From the IMG/VR virus record IMGVR_UViG_3300042446_001168: a DNA stretch of 64,000 nucleotides, one strand, 5' to 3'. Positions within the stretch are counted from its first letter, which is position 1. Every line of letters begins with the position of its first letter. The DNA is from a virus. The notes under the pieces are model-generated. The model was given only the letters and a program-made list of their open reading frames with translations, was not told the origin of the DNA and did not search any database. Positions 9,957-20,605 of the stretch are shown piece after piece. The position numbers were made by a program, and so were the translations under genes.

Positions 9957-12253
9957 GCAAACTTATAACAAACAACCTTAAACTGTTTAACGTTGAGAAC
10001 TTTATCGAGTCATTTACAGAACCTGGGTTCAACATATACTATTTTTTTGTAGGCAATCCTCGACCGTTTACCAGCGACTCAACTCCCCCAGTGTTGTATG
10101 ATAATGTGCAGACCACTAGCATGGATGCACACGATAATATGATATATGGTAAGAGAATAACTGCTAACGATGTAGTTGCTATGTGTCCAAGACATGATTG
10201 GGAGAGTGGGTCAATCTATACAAAATATTCTCACGATAGCAACTCTCTCTTTGAGTCAGCTTTCTATGTGATGTCTGATGAGGGGTCAAGCTACGGTGTG
10301 TTTAAGTGTCTAGATAATGCGGGAGGAATTGCTTCTACCGACCAACCACTATCCACTGCTACAGAAGCGGATGATGATTTCTACTTCACCTCTGATGGGT
10401 ACCAGTGGAAGTATATGTACTCGGTTACCCCAACCCAGTATAGTAAATTTGCAACTCAAAGTCATCTACCAGTTTTTGTTAATGCTAATGTGGTAGGTAA
10501 CTCGGCTAGTGGATCTATAGATAATATTCAAGTAGTTTCACCAGGAAGTTCTTACGCATCCTACACTAATGGATCGTTTCAAGAAGTAAGAGTAGGTGGT
10601 AATCCACTAGTGTATGCTATTGAATCAACCGCATCATCTAACTCAAATTTTTACGTTAATAGTGCATTGAAAATTACTAGTGGAGCTGGAAGTGGGCAAC
10701 AAAGATTAATAACCGGATATACTGTTGCGGGTTCGGCAAGAAGAGTATACGTTGATAGTGAATTTGATGCATCAGGACTTCCTACTACGGCATCCACATA
10801 TGAAATTACTCCTTTAGTTACAATAACAGGAGATGGTTCTGGCGCTAAAGCTCGGGCTATTGTAAATGCTTCCAGCAATACCATACACAAAGTTGAGATT
10901 GTAAACAGAGGAGTTAATTATACATATGCCACAGTAACTATTACAGGCAATACTGGCATAGTCAATGTAGCTACAGCTACAGCTATAACGGCAAATACTG
11001 CAACAGCAAAAGTCATTATCAGTCCCAAGGGTGGACATGGTAGTAACGCCGCTGCTGAGCTTGGTGGTAAATATGCTGGAATTAGTGTTGAGTTTGATAG
11101 TGCGTTGTCAGGTAATAAGGTAATTGATGAGAATGATTTTAGAAGTGTTGGAATTATTAAAGATCCAGCTTTTGCAAACGTTGTATTATCAATAACTGGG
11201 TCGACCGGTACTTTTTCGGATGATGAGGAGGTCACTCAGGGTTCGGGAGCAGCAATTGCTGGTATTGTGGTTACTAGTCCGGGATCTGGATATACGGCTA
11301 ATGCAGTGGTGACCATAACTGGTACCAGCTCTAATTCCGCAACCGCAGTAGCTGTTGCAAATTCATCGGGAAGAATATCAACCATAAGTCTAACCAATGG
11401 TGGTGCCGGATACGTTATCCCATCAGTCACCGTATCAGCTCCAGCAGCATACTCGTTCAACTCATACAGTGGTACATCCACCCCTGATGATTTTATTATA
11501 GTATCCAATAATAAGTTTCAAAACAACGATTATGTGAAATATCTTGTAGCCACTGGTAATACTGTCATATCGGGGTTAGCAAATAATACTAGCTACTATG
11601 TGGTGTCTGCAAACTCTACGGGTGTAAAACTCTCTTCAACTCTTAACGGATCAGCTATTGATATAACGGCTGGATCTTCACCTGGAGAAACCGGACATTC
11701 GTTGACGGGGCAAACGGCAATAGCTACAGCTGTGCTGAGCACCGAAAGAACAATTACTGCACGTGGTACTGTGTACGCAGCAAACGATTCTGTAGTTAAG
11801 CTGACAAATGCGTATGGCTTTTTTGTAGTTGGTAACTCGTCCGTAAGTTTGCTGTATGGCAACACAACATCGTATGTTGCTGAGTGTACGTCAGTTACAC
11901 AACCTACCACATACTTTGACCAAACTTATAAGGTTGTTGCTGCCCTTCAGACAGCCCAAAACTTTGTTGAGGATGAACTTGTAACTCAATCTGAGAATGC
12001 AACTGGATATTTCTATTCATCTAATAATACAGTTGTTCGGTTAGTGGATAAACGAGGAACTATAAACCAAAGTGACATATCAACAAATTATTACATTGAT
12101 GGAAGTACGTCAACAGCCAAATCCCTAGTATCCGGGATTATTCCTGCAGACCTGATACATGGTTCAGGGGACGTTATATATATTGAGAACTTCACACCAA
12201 TTACAAAAACTGGCGGCCAAACAGAAACGGTCAAGCTCGTACTGGAATTTTAA
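9953..12253 (+). CDS. gp8: Baseplate wedge protein, gp8-like, with insertions
   Basis: FYV.....VFKCLDN, DGYQWKYMY, SPKGGHG.N...ELG, NDFR.VGIIKDP; C-terminal SGDVIYIEN..PI...Q.E.VKLVLEF. Confidence 0.85.
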   Translation: MSKLITNNLKLFNVENFIESFTEPGFNIYYFFVGNPRPFTSDSTPPVLYDNVQTTSMDAHDNMIYGKRITANDVVAMCPRHDWESGSIYTKYSHDSNSLFESAFYVMSDEGSSYGVFKCLDNAGGIASTDQPLSTATEADDDFYFTSDGYQWKYMYSVTPTQYSKFATQSHLPVFVNANVVGNSASGSIDNIQVVSPGSSYASYTNGSFQEVRVGGNPLVYAIESTASSNSNFYVNSALKITSGAGSGQQRLITGYTVAGSARRVYVDSEFDASGLPTTASTYEITPLVTITGDGSGAKARAIVNASSNTIHKVEIVNRGVNYTYATVTITGNTGIVNVATATAITANTATAKVIISPKGGHGSNAAAELGGKYAGISVEFDSALSGNKVIDENDFRSVGIIKDPAFANVVLSITGSTGTFSDDEEVTQGSGAAIAGIVVTSPGSGYTANAVVTITGTSSNSATAVAVANSSGRISTISLTNGGAGYVIPSVTVSAPAAYSFNSYSGTSTPDDFIIVSNNKFQNNDYVKYLVATGNTVISGLANNTSYYVVSANSTGVKLSSTLNGSAIDITAGSSPGETGHSLTGQTAIATAVLSTERTITARGTVYAANDSVVKLTNAYGFFVVGNSSVSLLYGNTTSYVAECTSVTQPTTYFDQTYKVVAALQTAQNFVEDELVTQSENATGYFYSSNNTVVRLVDKRGTINQSDISTNYYIDGSTSTAKSLVSGIIPADLIHGSGDVIYIENFTPITKTGGQTETVKLVLEF

Positions 12254-12264
12254 CAGAGGAATAA

Positions 12265-15200
12265 ATGTCACTTGAAACTAATTTTAACGCATCACCATTC
12301 TATGATGACTTTGACGAAGAGAAGAACTTTCATCGGGTTCTTTTCAGACCAGCTGTACCAGTTCAGGCAAGAGAGTTAACTCAGCTTCAGACTATTCTTC
12401 AGAACCAGGTTGAGCGTTTTGGTGACAATATCTACAAACAAGGTACTGTTATTAAAGGGTGTAATTTCACCTACGACTACAACTATCAGTACATCAAGAT
12501 TAGGGATTTACAAGTAGATGGCCAGAATGTAACGCTACCTAATTACATGGGGTTATATGCAACAGATACCACATCTAATTTAAATGCTGTGGTGGTAAAC
12601 TACGTTACTGGTCTTGAGACTCAAGATCCTGAAACTAATATATTATACATCAAGTATCTTAACACTGGCGATAGCGAGAAGAAGACCTTTGCAAACAACG
12701 AGACAATTACTCTTTTTAATAGTGATTATAGATTAGATGACGTTCTGATAACGGTTTCTGGTACTGGATATAGCAATACAGAATATCTAACTTTTACTGG
12801 AGGAGGTGGGTCGGGCGCAGCTGCTAATCTAGTAACTTACTCTAACGGCTCTATTAGATCTATTATAATTAGCAATTTTGGATCTGGATATGTTACCGCT
12901 CCAACTGTAGCCATAGTAAATTCAACAGGTGGTGCCACCGTTTCTGGATCTGGTGCAGGCCTTACAGCAATTAATTATTATGCACAGATAACTGTATGTG
13001 ATAGTACTTTTTCAGCTAACTCAACTACTCCTGTGGGAACAGGCACAGCTGCTACTATTGGCGATGGTATAATATACCAAAAAGGACATTTTGTCAGGGT
13101 AGAAGAGCAGACAGTCATTCTGGATAAGTACACTACGTCTCCTAACAATGTAGTTGTTGGATTCTATACCCAAGAATCAATTGTCAATTCCTATTTTGAT
13201 TCCACATTGCTGGATAATGCTCAGGGATATTCTAATTACACTGCTCCTGGTGCTCACAGATTAAAACTTACACCAACTTTACAGGTACTAACTACTCAAG
13301 CTGCATCGGGTAATTCAGAATTCTTTAAGTTAGTTGAATTTGAAAATGGTAGAGTAATTAAACTAAAAACTGAAACTGAATTTAACTCGGTAGATAAAAA
13401 ACTTGCTTTGAGGACGTCTGAGGAGAGTGGCGATTATGTTGTCAGTCCGTTTACCATTAGCACCGAAGATATTACTGGTAACACTACTCACCTAAATGCA
13501 GTAGTTAGTTCTGGTATAGGATATGTTGATGGTACTCGTGTAGAGTTGAATGATTCGGTGAGAATTGCCATCAGGCAAGGTACTGATACTAACACTTCTA
13601 TAAATCAGTCCATATCTACTAACTATGGTAATTATGTACTAGTGGATCAAATATTAGGAGTGTTTGATTTTACCGCTGCAGCTTCAGTTAATTTAAGAAA
13701 TACAGCTGCTACAGACAACTCGGATAATTTTGGAGGAGGACCATCCTCACCAGGATCAGTCATAGGCACATCAAAGATAAGATCTTTAGTATATGATTCA
13801 GGTGTACCGGGGTCACCAACTGCCAGGTATAGACTGTATCTATTTGATATTGTCATGTCACCTGGAAATACTTTTAAAGATGTAAGATCCATTCAAGCTA
13901 CTGGGGTTGTTGCCGACACGGTTCTTGAGAACAGTGTTTCTGTATTAAAAGATACGGATTATGATACACTATCATTTACAAGTGGGTATGCCTCAGTTAA
14001 GTCAGTTGCAAATGTAGATTTTATATACAGAACTGTTACTGCTAATACATTTACAACTTCGGGAAATGTGAATATTCAAGTGACAGGGACGTATGATTAT
14101 TTCCCATATACTCCAGCATCGACCCTGAATAGTATCCAAGAGCAGGATTTTATTGTTGTTCCCACTGCCAATGCTACAGGAGCCACAGCCCTATCTGGTA
14201 CTGTTGCTACTACCGGCAATGTTGTCACAGGTACCGGCACAGAGTTTGCTGGTCAGTTGCAGGTTGGAGATCATATTAAATTCCAAGCCAACGACACGTT
14301 CTTCAAAGTCACTGCTATCACTAACACCACTTCAATGACCGTGAACAGCGTTGGTCCACAGTCGTTAACTGGTAATACGTTGTTTTTAGCTTTCCCAAAA
14401 AATATTCCTATCAGACTTGACAGGGAGACTGCTAACGTTGCTATTGATGCTACCGGTAAATTTGCATCTATCTACGTCGGCAATACCATTTCAGGTACAA
14501 CTGATGTTAAAGTATTTCACAATGTAAAGGTGTCACCCGGTGTTAATACGGTGTACAAAGCAAAGACAGTTACTAAGCAGGTTTACGTAAAGTTATCTAC
14601 TGATAGATTGAGTACAACTACAATAGGACCTTGGTGCTTAGGTATCCCTGATGCCTATAAATTAAATGCAGTGTATGTTGGAACTTCTAATACATACTCA
14701 AATACTACAACCAATTATGCAAGTAGCTTCGAGTTAGTTACTGGCCAATCTGATAATGCGTATGGATTATCATATCTTAGATATAAGCCAGGCAGTATTT
14801 TGTCCTTATCAGCAACCAGTTGTTTGTTGGTGTCAGTTGACTTATTCACTCACAGTGCCGGTTATTTTTTAGCAGCTCCATCATATCCAATAGATGACTC
14901 AACAGTATCTCTACCAGCTAACAAAATAAGAACCTCTGATATACCAACATTTAGATCCCCAAAAACTGGTAGACTTTATAATATTAGAAGTATTGTTGAT
15001 TTTAGGCCAATAGTAGCTCCAACCGCTAACGTTGCTGCAACAACTGTTGCTAGTGCAACAGTGGATCCCGTAACTACAGAAACTCTAACTGGTACCTTAT
15101 ACTTTCCAACTCCCAACGAGATTTTTGAAGGGGATGTTGAATATTACATGCCTAGAGCAGATAGAATTGTTATTGATAAGAACAATAACATTAATGTTAT

Positions 15201-18200
15201 TGAGGGAGTACCTGGTATCAGTCCAGTACCACCCAGACCGTACGATAAGACGATGTCGTTAGCTACGGTGTTGGTTCCATCCTATCCATCCCTATCACCA
15301 CAGTTGGCGTTTGAATCACTGAGACCAGACTACGCTACGTTTGTGGTTACTGATCAGGTAAAACGATATACCATGAAGGATATCAAGAGAATTGAGCAAC
15401 GTATTCAGAGTCTTGAATACTATTCACTTCTCAACACTCTCGAGAAGAACACAAAGGATTTAATTATTCCAAGTGAAGCTAACTCAGCGGTGTCAAGATT
15501 TAAGAATGGTTTCTTTGTGGATCCACTAAACTCATATGATATTGCTAATGTTAATGACTTGGAATTTAATATAACTATTGATACTGCTAAATCAGTTGCT
15601 CGCCCACCACTTGATCAAAATGTAATCAATCTCAAAGCAAATACATCACTATCATCAGGATATGCTATAAAAGGGGATCTAGCTCTTCTCAATTACGCTC
15701 AAGCAGTTGCATTGGAGCAGCCACTAGCTACTAGATTTCGAAATCTTGCTGGGTTGGCCTGGTCGTATGATGGCCGAGCAAGACTTTTTCCTGAGTATGA
15801 TAATTACTATGATACTACACGAGATGCTGTTAAATTCACTATTGATTTATCTGCTCCCTTAGATGGACTGGTGAAATCTATAAATGATAGTGTGGTATTC
15901 AAAAAAGATTCAAAGACTGTCACTACTACTCAATCGGATTGGGTTAACGCTAATGAAAAATGGGGATTCACGTGGGGAGCTGGACTAGTAGACATTGAGG
16001 AACAAACAACCAAGACTATTACAAACACCAGCAAGTCATCTATAACCGCCGGTAAGACCACTCAATCAGAACAGCAGATTGGCGACTTTTTAACCGACTT
16101 TGACTTTAATCCTTTCGTGAGAGAGCAGGAAGTTTATTTTGTGGTGACTGGTCTAAGACCTGGAGCAAGACACTATGTTTTCTTCGATAAGAAAACTATT
16201 GATGCTCGACCAGGGGAAGTAGCAGATCTTGCTAGTATTGTCAGCAGTGAATCACTATCTAAGAACGATACCTTTAAATTTACCGGATCAAAGAGTGCTA
16301 ATCTAGTAGCCAACAGTACAGGTGGATTAGCTGGATGTATATTTATTCCAGGAAACACTTTTAACGTTGGTCAGAAGGAAGTCCTGATTGCTGATGTTGA
16401 TAGTATTAGTAGCCTCGATACTTCTGTGTCTAAAGCAATGGTATATTTTAATGCTTACAACTTTAACAAGCAAATTAAATCATTGACGATGGTAACAAAG
16501 GCGCCATCATCGTTCCAAACTACCGAAAAGGTTACCCGGACTGTTAATACTGCGGTAGTGTCTAGAGTATCAGTACATACTGTTGATCCGCTAGCCCAGA
16601 CTTTCAATATTAACTTTAATGAGGGTACTGATGGAGTGTTTTTGACCAAGGTGGATTTATATTTCCGTAGTAAAGATCCTTCGTCTGGAATAACAGTTCA
16701 AATTAGAGAGACAGATAATGGATATCCAGCTCCAGCCATATTAGCCCAAAAACAAATCTCGTCATCAGGGGCTCAAACAAGTAATGTGGGATCTGTAGCT
16801 ACTACTGTAACCTTTGATACTCCTATATTTGTAAGAAATAATAAAGATTATTGTATAACTCTAATTCCTGATGGAAATTCTCCTAACTGGTTAGCATGGA
16901 CATCAGTTCCTGGACAACCGGATGTAGATACCAATCAAGTTGATAATGGTGATTTTGGTGCTGGGGTGTTGTTTGTATCGTCCAATGATAAGGTGTGGAC
17001 ACCAATACAAAATGAGGATCTGAAATTCACAATATACTATGCTAACTTCACATCTCATACTGCTAACATAGTGTTAGAAAATGAGCCTTACGAATTTCTG
17101 ACCTTGACAGGTGTCGAAGGATCTTTTCAAGGGGGAGAAAGAGTAGCTCAAAAAGCTAGTGCCTACATTGCGAATAGTGCAGTGTTCACTGGTAACACAA
17201 GTAGTAGTGTGTTGAGTACGTCTACCAGTCTAACTAGTAATGTATCCGTAGGGGATTACTTGTTGATGGTGAATGCTAATAATATAACAACGTCGCTGAC
17301 AGGAACAGTTACAGCAAATGGTACGCACACTAACGTATCCGGATCTGGAACATCTTTCTCTACCCAGCTAACGGTTGGTGATTATATATACATTAACAAC
17401 AACATAAGAGAGGTAAGAAGTATTTCTAATACCACTCACATGAACCTTGACGCTCCTTTGCAATCCAATGTAGCAGCTAATTTGTTTTACGGTGTAACGG
17501 AGTCGTTCCAAGTAAGCAAGGTGTTGTCTGTAAATTCTACAAGTATATCGCTGAAAGATAACCTAGAGAAAAATATTAACAACACTACCGCATGGGTAGG
17601 AGTTCAAAGAGTTGTTAGTGCTGTTGTTGATAAAGTGGATACCAATGATACCGTTGTATTAAGAGATTCTAATGCAGCAAATACTACATTTTTGTTTGCT
17701 GCTACTGGGCGCTTAGTGGGATCAACGTCTGATGCGGTGGCTAGTATTTCTAGTGTAGATGACTTTACGGTTAATTATTGTGAGCCTCATATATCTACCA
17801 TTGTTCCTTTACCCGCAACAATCAGTTTGACTCAGACTATTGCAGGAACAACAGCTGCGTCTCAGTCGCAACCAATTAATTTTGGTGTGTCCAATAAAAC
17901 CATATATGAAGCAGAAATAAGATCAAGAAGCAATGAAATACTTTCGTATTCCGGAGCAAAATCACTTCAGGTCAGTGTTGGTCTCAGTAAACCTTCTACT
18001 GTAAGTAAGATTAGTCCTGTTGTAGATTTAATTCCTGCTAGTATGGTTGTATTGCAAAACAAGATCAATAATCTCTACGATAATGAAACTACTCGATATG
18101 GCAATGCCAAGGTAAAGTATATTTCCAAAAAGGTAGTATTAGCTGATGGGTTAGATGCAGAAGATCTCAAGGTGTATTTGACATCCTACAGACCTTCAGG

Positions 18201-18789
18201 AACCGATGTCAAGGTTTATTGTAAGGTGTTAAGCAACGATGACAATGAGTCTTTTGATACTAAAGAGTGGTCGGTAATGAATCTTGAGACAACATCTAAT
18301 CTATTCAGTGATTCAGCAAATGAAGATGATTATCTAGAGTATGAGTACTCCATTGCAAGAACTCCAACATCAACAAAACTTGCTGGACTTGTTAAAACTA
18401 ATAGTAATACCACTTTGACAGGATCAGGTACTACATTTACATCTAGTCTTGTTGCAAACGACATTATTAAGATTGTTAATTCAAGCACAACTACGGACTA
18501 TGAAATAAATGTGGTCGATAGTGTGACTAACAATACATCATTAGTTTTAAAAACTGCAATTGGCCCATATTCAGATACCGGTACCAGTGGTCTGAGTATT
18601 GAAAAGGTAACTCAACCAAAGGCTACGTTTAAATATGCTGACGATGGTAATTTTGCTAGATACTACGATGCTTCTTTATCGGCACATACATCGTTTAAAA
18701 TCTTTGCGATAAAGGTGGTGCTGTTGTCAACTTCAACACAGAATGTGCCAACTGTCAAAGATATTAGGGCGCTGGCGGTTTCTGTATGA
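12265..18789 (+). CDS. Large virion structural protein (DUF4815/VrlC-like)
   Basis: N.SPFYDDFDE.KNFHRVLFRP...VQARELTQLQTILQNQ.ERFG, APGAHR.K, YTMKDI..IE.RI..LEYY.LL.LE, RFKNGFFVD, DPLAQTF. Confidence 0.85.
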   Translation: MSLETNFNASPFYDDFDEEKNFHRVLFRPAVPVQARELTQLQTILQNQVERFGDNIYKQGTVIKGCNFTYDYNYQYIKIRDLQVDGQNVTLPNYMGLYATDTTSNLNAVVVNYVTGLETQDPETNILYIKYLNTGDSEKKTFANNETITLFNSDYRLDDVLITVSGTGYSNTEYLTFTGGGGSGAAANLVTYSNGSIRSIIISNFGSGYVTAPTVAIVNSTGGATVSGSGAGLTAINYYAQITVCDSTFSANSTTPVGTGTAATIGDGIIYQKGHFVRVEEQTVILDKYTTSPNNVVVGFYTQESIVNSYFDSTLLDNAQGYSNYTAPGAHRLKLTPTLQVLTTQAASGNSEFFKLVEFENGRVIKLKTETEFNSVDKKLALRTSEESGDYVVSPFTISTEDITGNTTHLNAVVSSGIGYVDGTRVELNDSVRIAIRQGTDTNTSINQSISTNYGNYVLVDQILGVFDFTAAASVNLRNTAATDNSDNFGGGPSSPGSVIGTSKIRSLVYDSGVPGSPTARYRLYLFDIVMSPGNTFKDVRSIQATGVVADTVLENSVSVLKDTDYDTLSFTSGYASVKSVANVDFIYRTVTANTFTTSGNVNIQVTGTYDYFPYTPASTLNSIQEQDFIVVPTANATGATALSGTVATTGNVVTGTGTEFAGQLQVGDHIKFQANDTFFKVTAITNTTSMTVNSVGPQSLTGNTLFLAFPKNIPIRLDRETANVAIDATGKFASIYVGNTISGTTDVKVFHNVKVSPGVNTVYKAKTVTKQVYVKLSTDRLSTTTIGPWCLGIPDAYKLNAVYVGTSNTYSNTTTNYASSFELVTGQSDNAYGLSYLRYKPGSILSLSATSCLLVSVDLFTHSAGYFLAAPSYPIDDSTVSLPANKIRTSDIPTFRSPKTGRLYNIRSIVDFRPIVAPTANVAATTVASATVDPVTTETLTGTLYFPTPNEIFEGDVEYYMPRADRIVIDKNNNINVIEGVPGISPVPPRPYDKTMSLATVLVPSYPSLSPQLAFESLRPDYATFVVTDQVKRYTMKDIKRIEQRIQSLEYYSLLNTLEKNTKDLIIPSEANSAVSRFKNGFFVDPLNSYDIANVNDLEFNITIDTAKSVARPPLDQNVINLKANTSLSSGYAIKGDLALLNYAQAVALEQPLATRFRNLAGLAWSYDGRARLFPEYDNYYDTTRDAVKFTIDLSAPLDGLVKSINDSVVFKKDSKTVTTTQSDWVNANEKWGFTWGAGLVDIEEQTTKTITNTSKSSITAGKTTQSEQQIGDFLTDFDFNPFVREQEVYFVVTGLRPGARHYVFFDKKTIDARPGEVADLASIVSSESLSKNDTFKFTGSKSANLVANSTGGLAGCIFIPGNTFNVGQKEVLIADVDSISSLDTSVSKAMVYFNAYNFNKQIKSLTMVTKAPSSFQTTEKVTRTVNTAVVSRVSVHTVDPLAQTFNINFNEGTDGVFLTKVDLYFRSKDPSSGITVQIRETDNGYPAPAILAQKQISSSGAQTSNVGSVATTVTFDTPIFVRNNKDYCITLIPDGNSPNWLAWTSVPGQPDVDTNQVDNGDFGAGVLFVSSNDKVWTPIQNEDLKFTIYYANFTSHTANIVLENEPYEFLTLTGVEGSFQGGERVAQKASAYIANSAVFTGNTSSSVLSTSTSLTSNVSVGDYLLMVNANNITTSLTGTVTANGTHTNVSGSGTSFSTQLTVGDYIYINNNIREVRSISNTTHMNLDAPLQSNVAANLFYGVTESFQVSKVLSVNSTSISLKDNLEKNINNTTAWVGVQRVVSAVVDKVDTNDTVVLRDSNAANTTFLFAATGRLVGSTSDAVASISSVDDFTVNYCEPHISTIVPLPATISLTQTIAGTTAASQSQPINFGVSNKTIYEAEIRSRSNEILSYSGAKSLQVSVGLSKPSTVSKISPVVDLIPASMVVLQNKINNLYDNETTRYGNAKVKYISKKVVLADGLDAEDLKVYLTSYRPSGTDVKVYCKVLSNDDNESFDTKEWSVMNLETTSNLFSDSANEDDYLEYEYSIARTPTSTKLAGLVKTNSNTTLTGSGTTFTSSLVANDIIKIVNSSTTTDYEINVVDSVTNNTSLVLKTAIGPYSDTGTSGLSIEKVTQPKATFKYADDGNFARYYDASLSAHTSFKIFAIKVVLLSTSTQNVPTVKDIRALAVSV

Positions 18790-19013
18790 TAGTGAAGACA
18801 GAAGATTCTGATTTTCTAAGAGATCAGTCAAATTACGCATTAATAAATAGTAATATTAATGCGTATAATCTTTACAAGCAGCAGCGGAAACAGCAGTATG
18901 ACTTCAGTAATGTGCAGCAGGAGATAGATATGCTGAAAACTGATATAAGTGATATTAAGAATATGCTGGGTATTTTAATTCAAAGGGAAAATAATGGCAG
19001 TACCAACAAGTAA
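18786..19013 (+). CDS. Small conserved coiled-coil protein
   Basis: LRD....ALIN.....Y..YK pattern followed by a coiled coil; typical neighbour downstream of DUF4815 genes; overlapping start/stop. Confidence 0.65.
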   Translation: MIVKTEDSDFLRDQSNYALINSNINAYNLYKQQRKQQYDFSNVQQEIDMLKTDISDIKNMLGILIQRENNGSTNK

Positions 19014-20595
19014 TGTAAACACAATCACTGATTCGTTTCAGAACTGGATTGACAAGACTAATGTATTGTTAGATGCTTATTCGACAAAGATTGTTACGGT
19101 TGCTGCCAACTCAGCTGGAGATGTTACAACAGGCAATGGCACTGTAAATGGATTTTTTGCTGCTAATACTCTTGTAGCAATCAACGGTCTTCGAGGTGGT
19201 ACACTGACTACAAGTGGATTACTGTCAATATCAAGCAATGTAAGCATTGGTAATAGTACAGTCAATACAGTCATCAACGCAACCACTTTGGACACCGATT
19301 TAGCATTAACTGTGTTAGGGGCAACTACATTGTCTAACACACTAAGTGTGACTGGTACTACTACGCTAACTGGCAATGCAGCGCTGAACGGAACCCTTCA
19401 GACATTCGCTGGTAATTCAAACTTTGATTCAGGTACCTTTTTTGTTGATGCTACCAACAATAGAGTGGGCATTGGTAATACAGCACCGGGCGTCGCGCTA
19501 AGAGTCACTGGGGCTGTTGATATTAGCTTGGGAGCCAATATACAATCAAGTGCTAATGTTGGCGGATCGTTGGGGGTTGTAGGGGCAATTACGGGAAGCA
19601 ACACACTTGCAATAACCGGGGCTGCAACTTTCTCAAACACACTATCAACTGTTGATAGTTCATTTTTAGCATCTAACACATTATCTGTAACTACCTCTGC
19701 AATAACCCTCAATGCAGCGGCATCATTTACCAATACCGTAAGTATTGGTAATAGTACTGTAAACACTGTTATAACATCATCAACAATAGATACTGATTTG
19801 GCATTAACTGTTCTTGGCGCTACTACCTTATCAAACACCTTGGGAGTGACCGGCGTTACCACTTTATCGGGTAACGCTAATTTGAATGGAACTCTTCAGG
19901 TAATATCAGGTAATTCTAATTTTGACTCGGGTGTACTATTTGTTGATGCCACTAATAATAGAGTGGGTATTAATAATACTGCTCCTGGAGTAGCTCTAAG
20001 AGTAACAGGGGCAACTGACATTAGTCTCACCGCTAACATACAAGGTAATGCTAATGTTGGGGGTACTTTAGGTGTGGTTGGAGCAATTACTGGTAGTAAT
20101 ACATTTACTGTAACTGGTAATGCTACATTCTCTAACGTAATCAATACTACTGGTAGCGTATTCCTAACATCTAACACGTTAGCAGTAACATCCAGTGCTA
20201 TAACCCTAAAGGCTAATACTACATTCACCGGTAATGTCATTATAACCTCAAACACACTTGTAGTCAACGCTGCAACGTTTATTGTAAATGCTGTTGGGGA
20301 TCTTGGATCCAATACTACAGCAGCAAACCTTGTATTCAGCTTTGATAAGACGCTGTACAAGGGAGCAAGAATGACTATAAACATGACTAAGTTAAATAGT
20401 AGTCAGGTATCAGATTTAATTTTAACACACGATTCGTCTGCTGTAGATGTAACAATTTTTGGTACGGTAAAGTCACCTACTGCCACGGCAGATCTTGGGA
20501 TAATGTCCACAGCTGTTGTAGCTGGAAATGTAGAAATCTACATAAGACAGACTGCCATAAATACAGGCGTAAAGGTTATTGCAACGTTATTTTGA
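18994..20595 (+). CDS. Tail fibre-like structural protein
   Basis: N-terminal TDSFQNWIDKTN anchor-like motif; beta-rich repeats FVDATNNRVGI.NTAP. AATAAATA at 18842-18849. Confidence 0.7.
   Translation: MAVPTSNVNTITDSFQNWIDKTNVLLDAYSTKIVTVAANSAGDVTTGNGTVNGFFAANTLVAINGLRGGTLTTSGLLSISSNVSIGNSTVNTVINATTLDTDLALTVLGATTLSNTLSVTGTTTLTGNAALNGTLQTFAGNSNFDSGTFFVDATNNRVGIGNTAPGVALRVTGAVDISLGANIQSSANVGGSLGVVGAITGSNTLAITGAATFSNTLSTVDSSFLASNTLSVTTSAITLNAAASFTNTVSIGNSTVNTVITSSTIDTDLALTVLGATTLSNTLGVTGVTTLSGNANLNGTLQVISGNSNFDSGVLFVDATNNRVGINNTAPGVALRVTGATDISLTANIQGNANVGGTLGVVGAITGSNTFTVTGNATFSNVINTTGSVFLTSNTLAVTSSAITLKANTTFTGNVIITSNTLVVNAATFIVNAVGDLGSNTTAANLVFSFDKTLYKGARMTINMTKLNSSQVSDLILTHDSSAVDVTIFGTVKSPTATADLGIMSTAVVAGNVEIYIRQTAINTGVKVIATLF
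19243..20230 (+). repeat. Internal duplication, two units of about 498 bp (166 aa)
   Basis: SIGNSTVNTVI...DTDLALTVLGATTLSNTL...FVDATNNRVGI... begins at 19243 and again at 19741. Confidence 0.85.
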
Positions 20596-20605
20596 CAGGT
20601 TATAA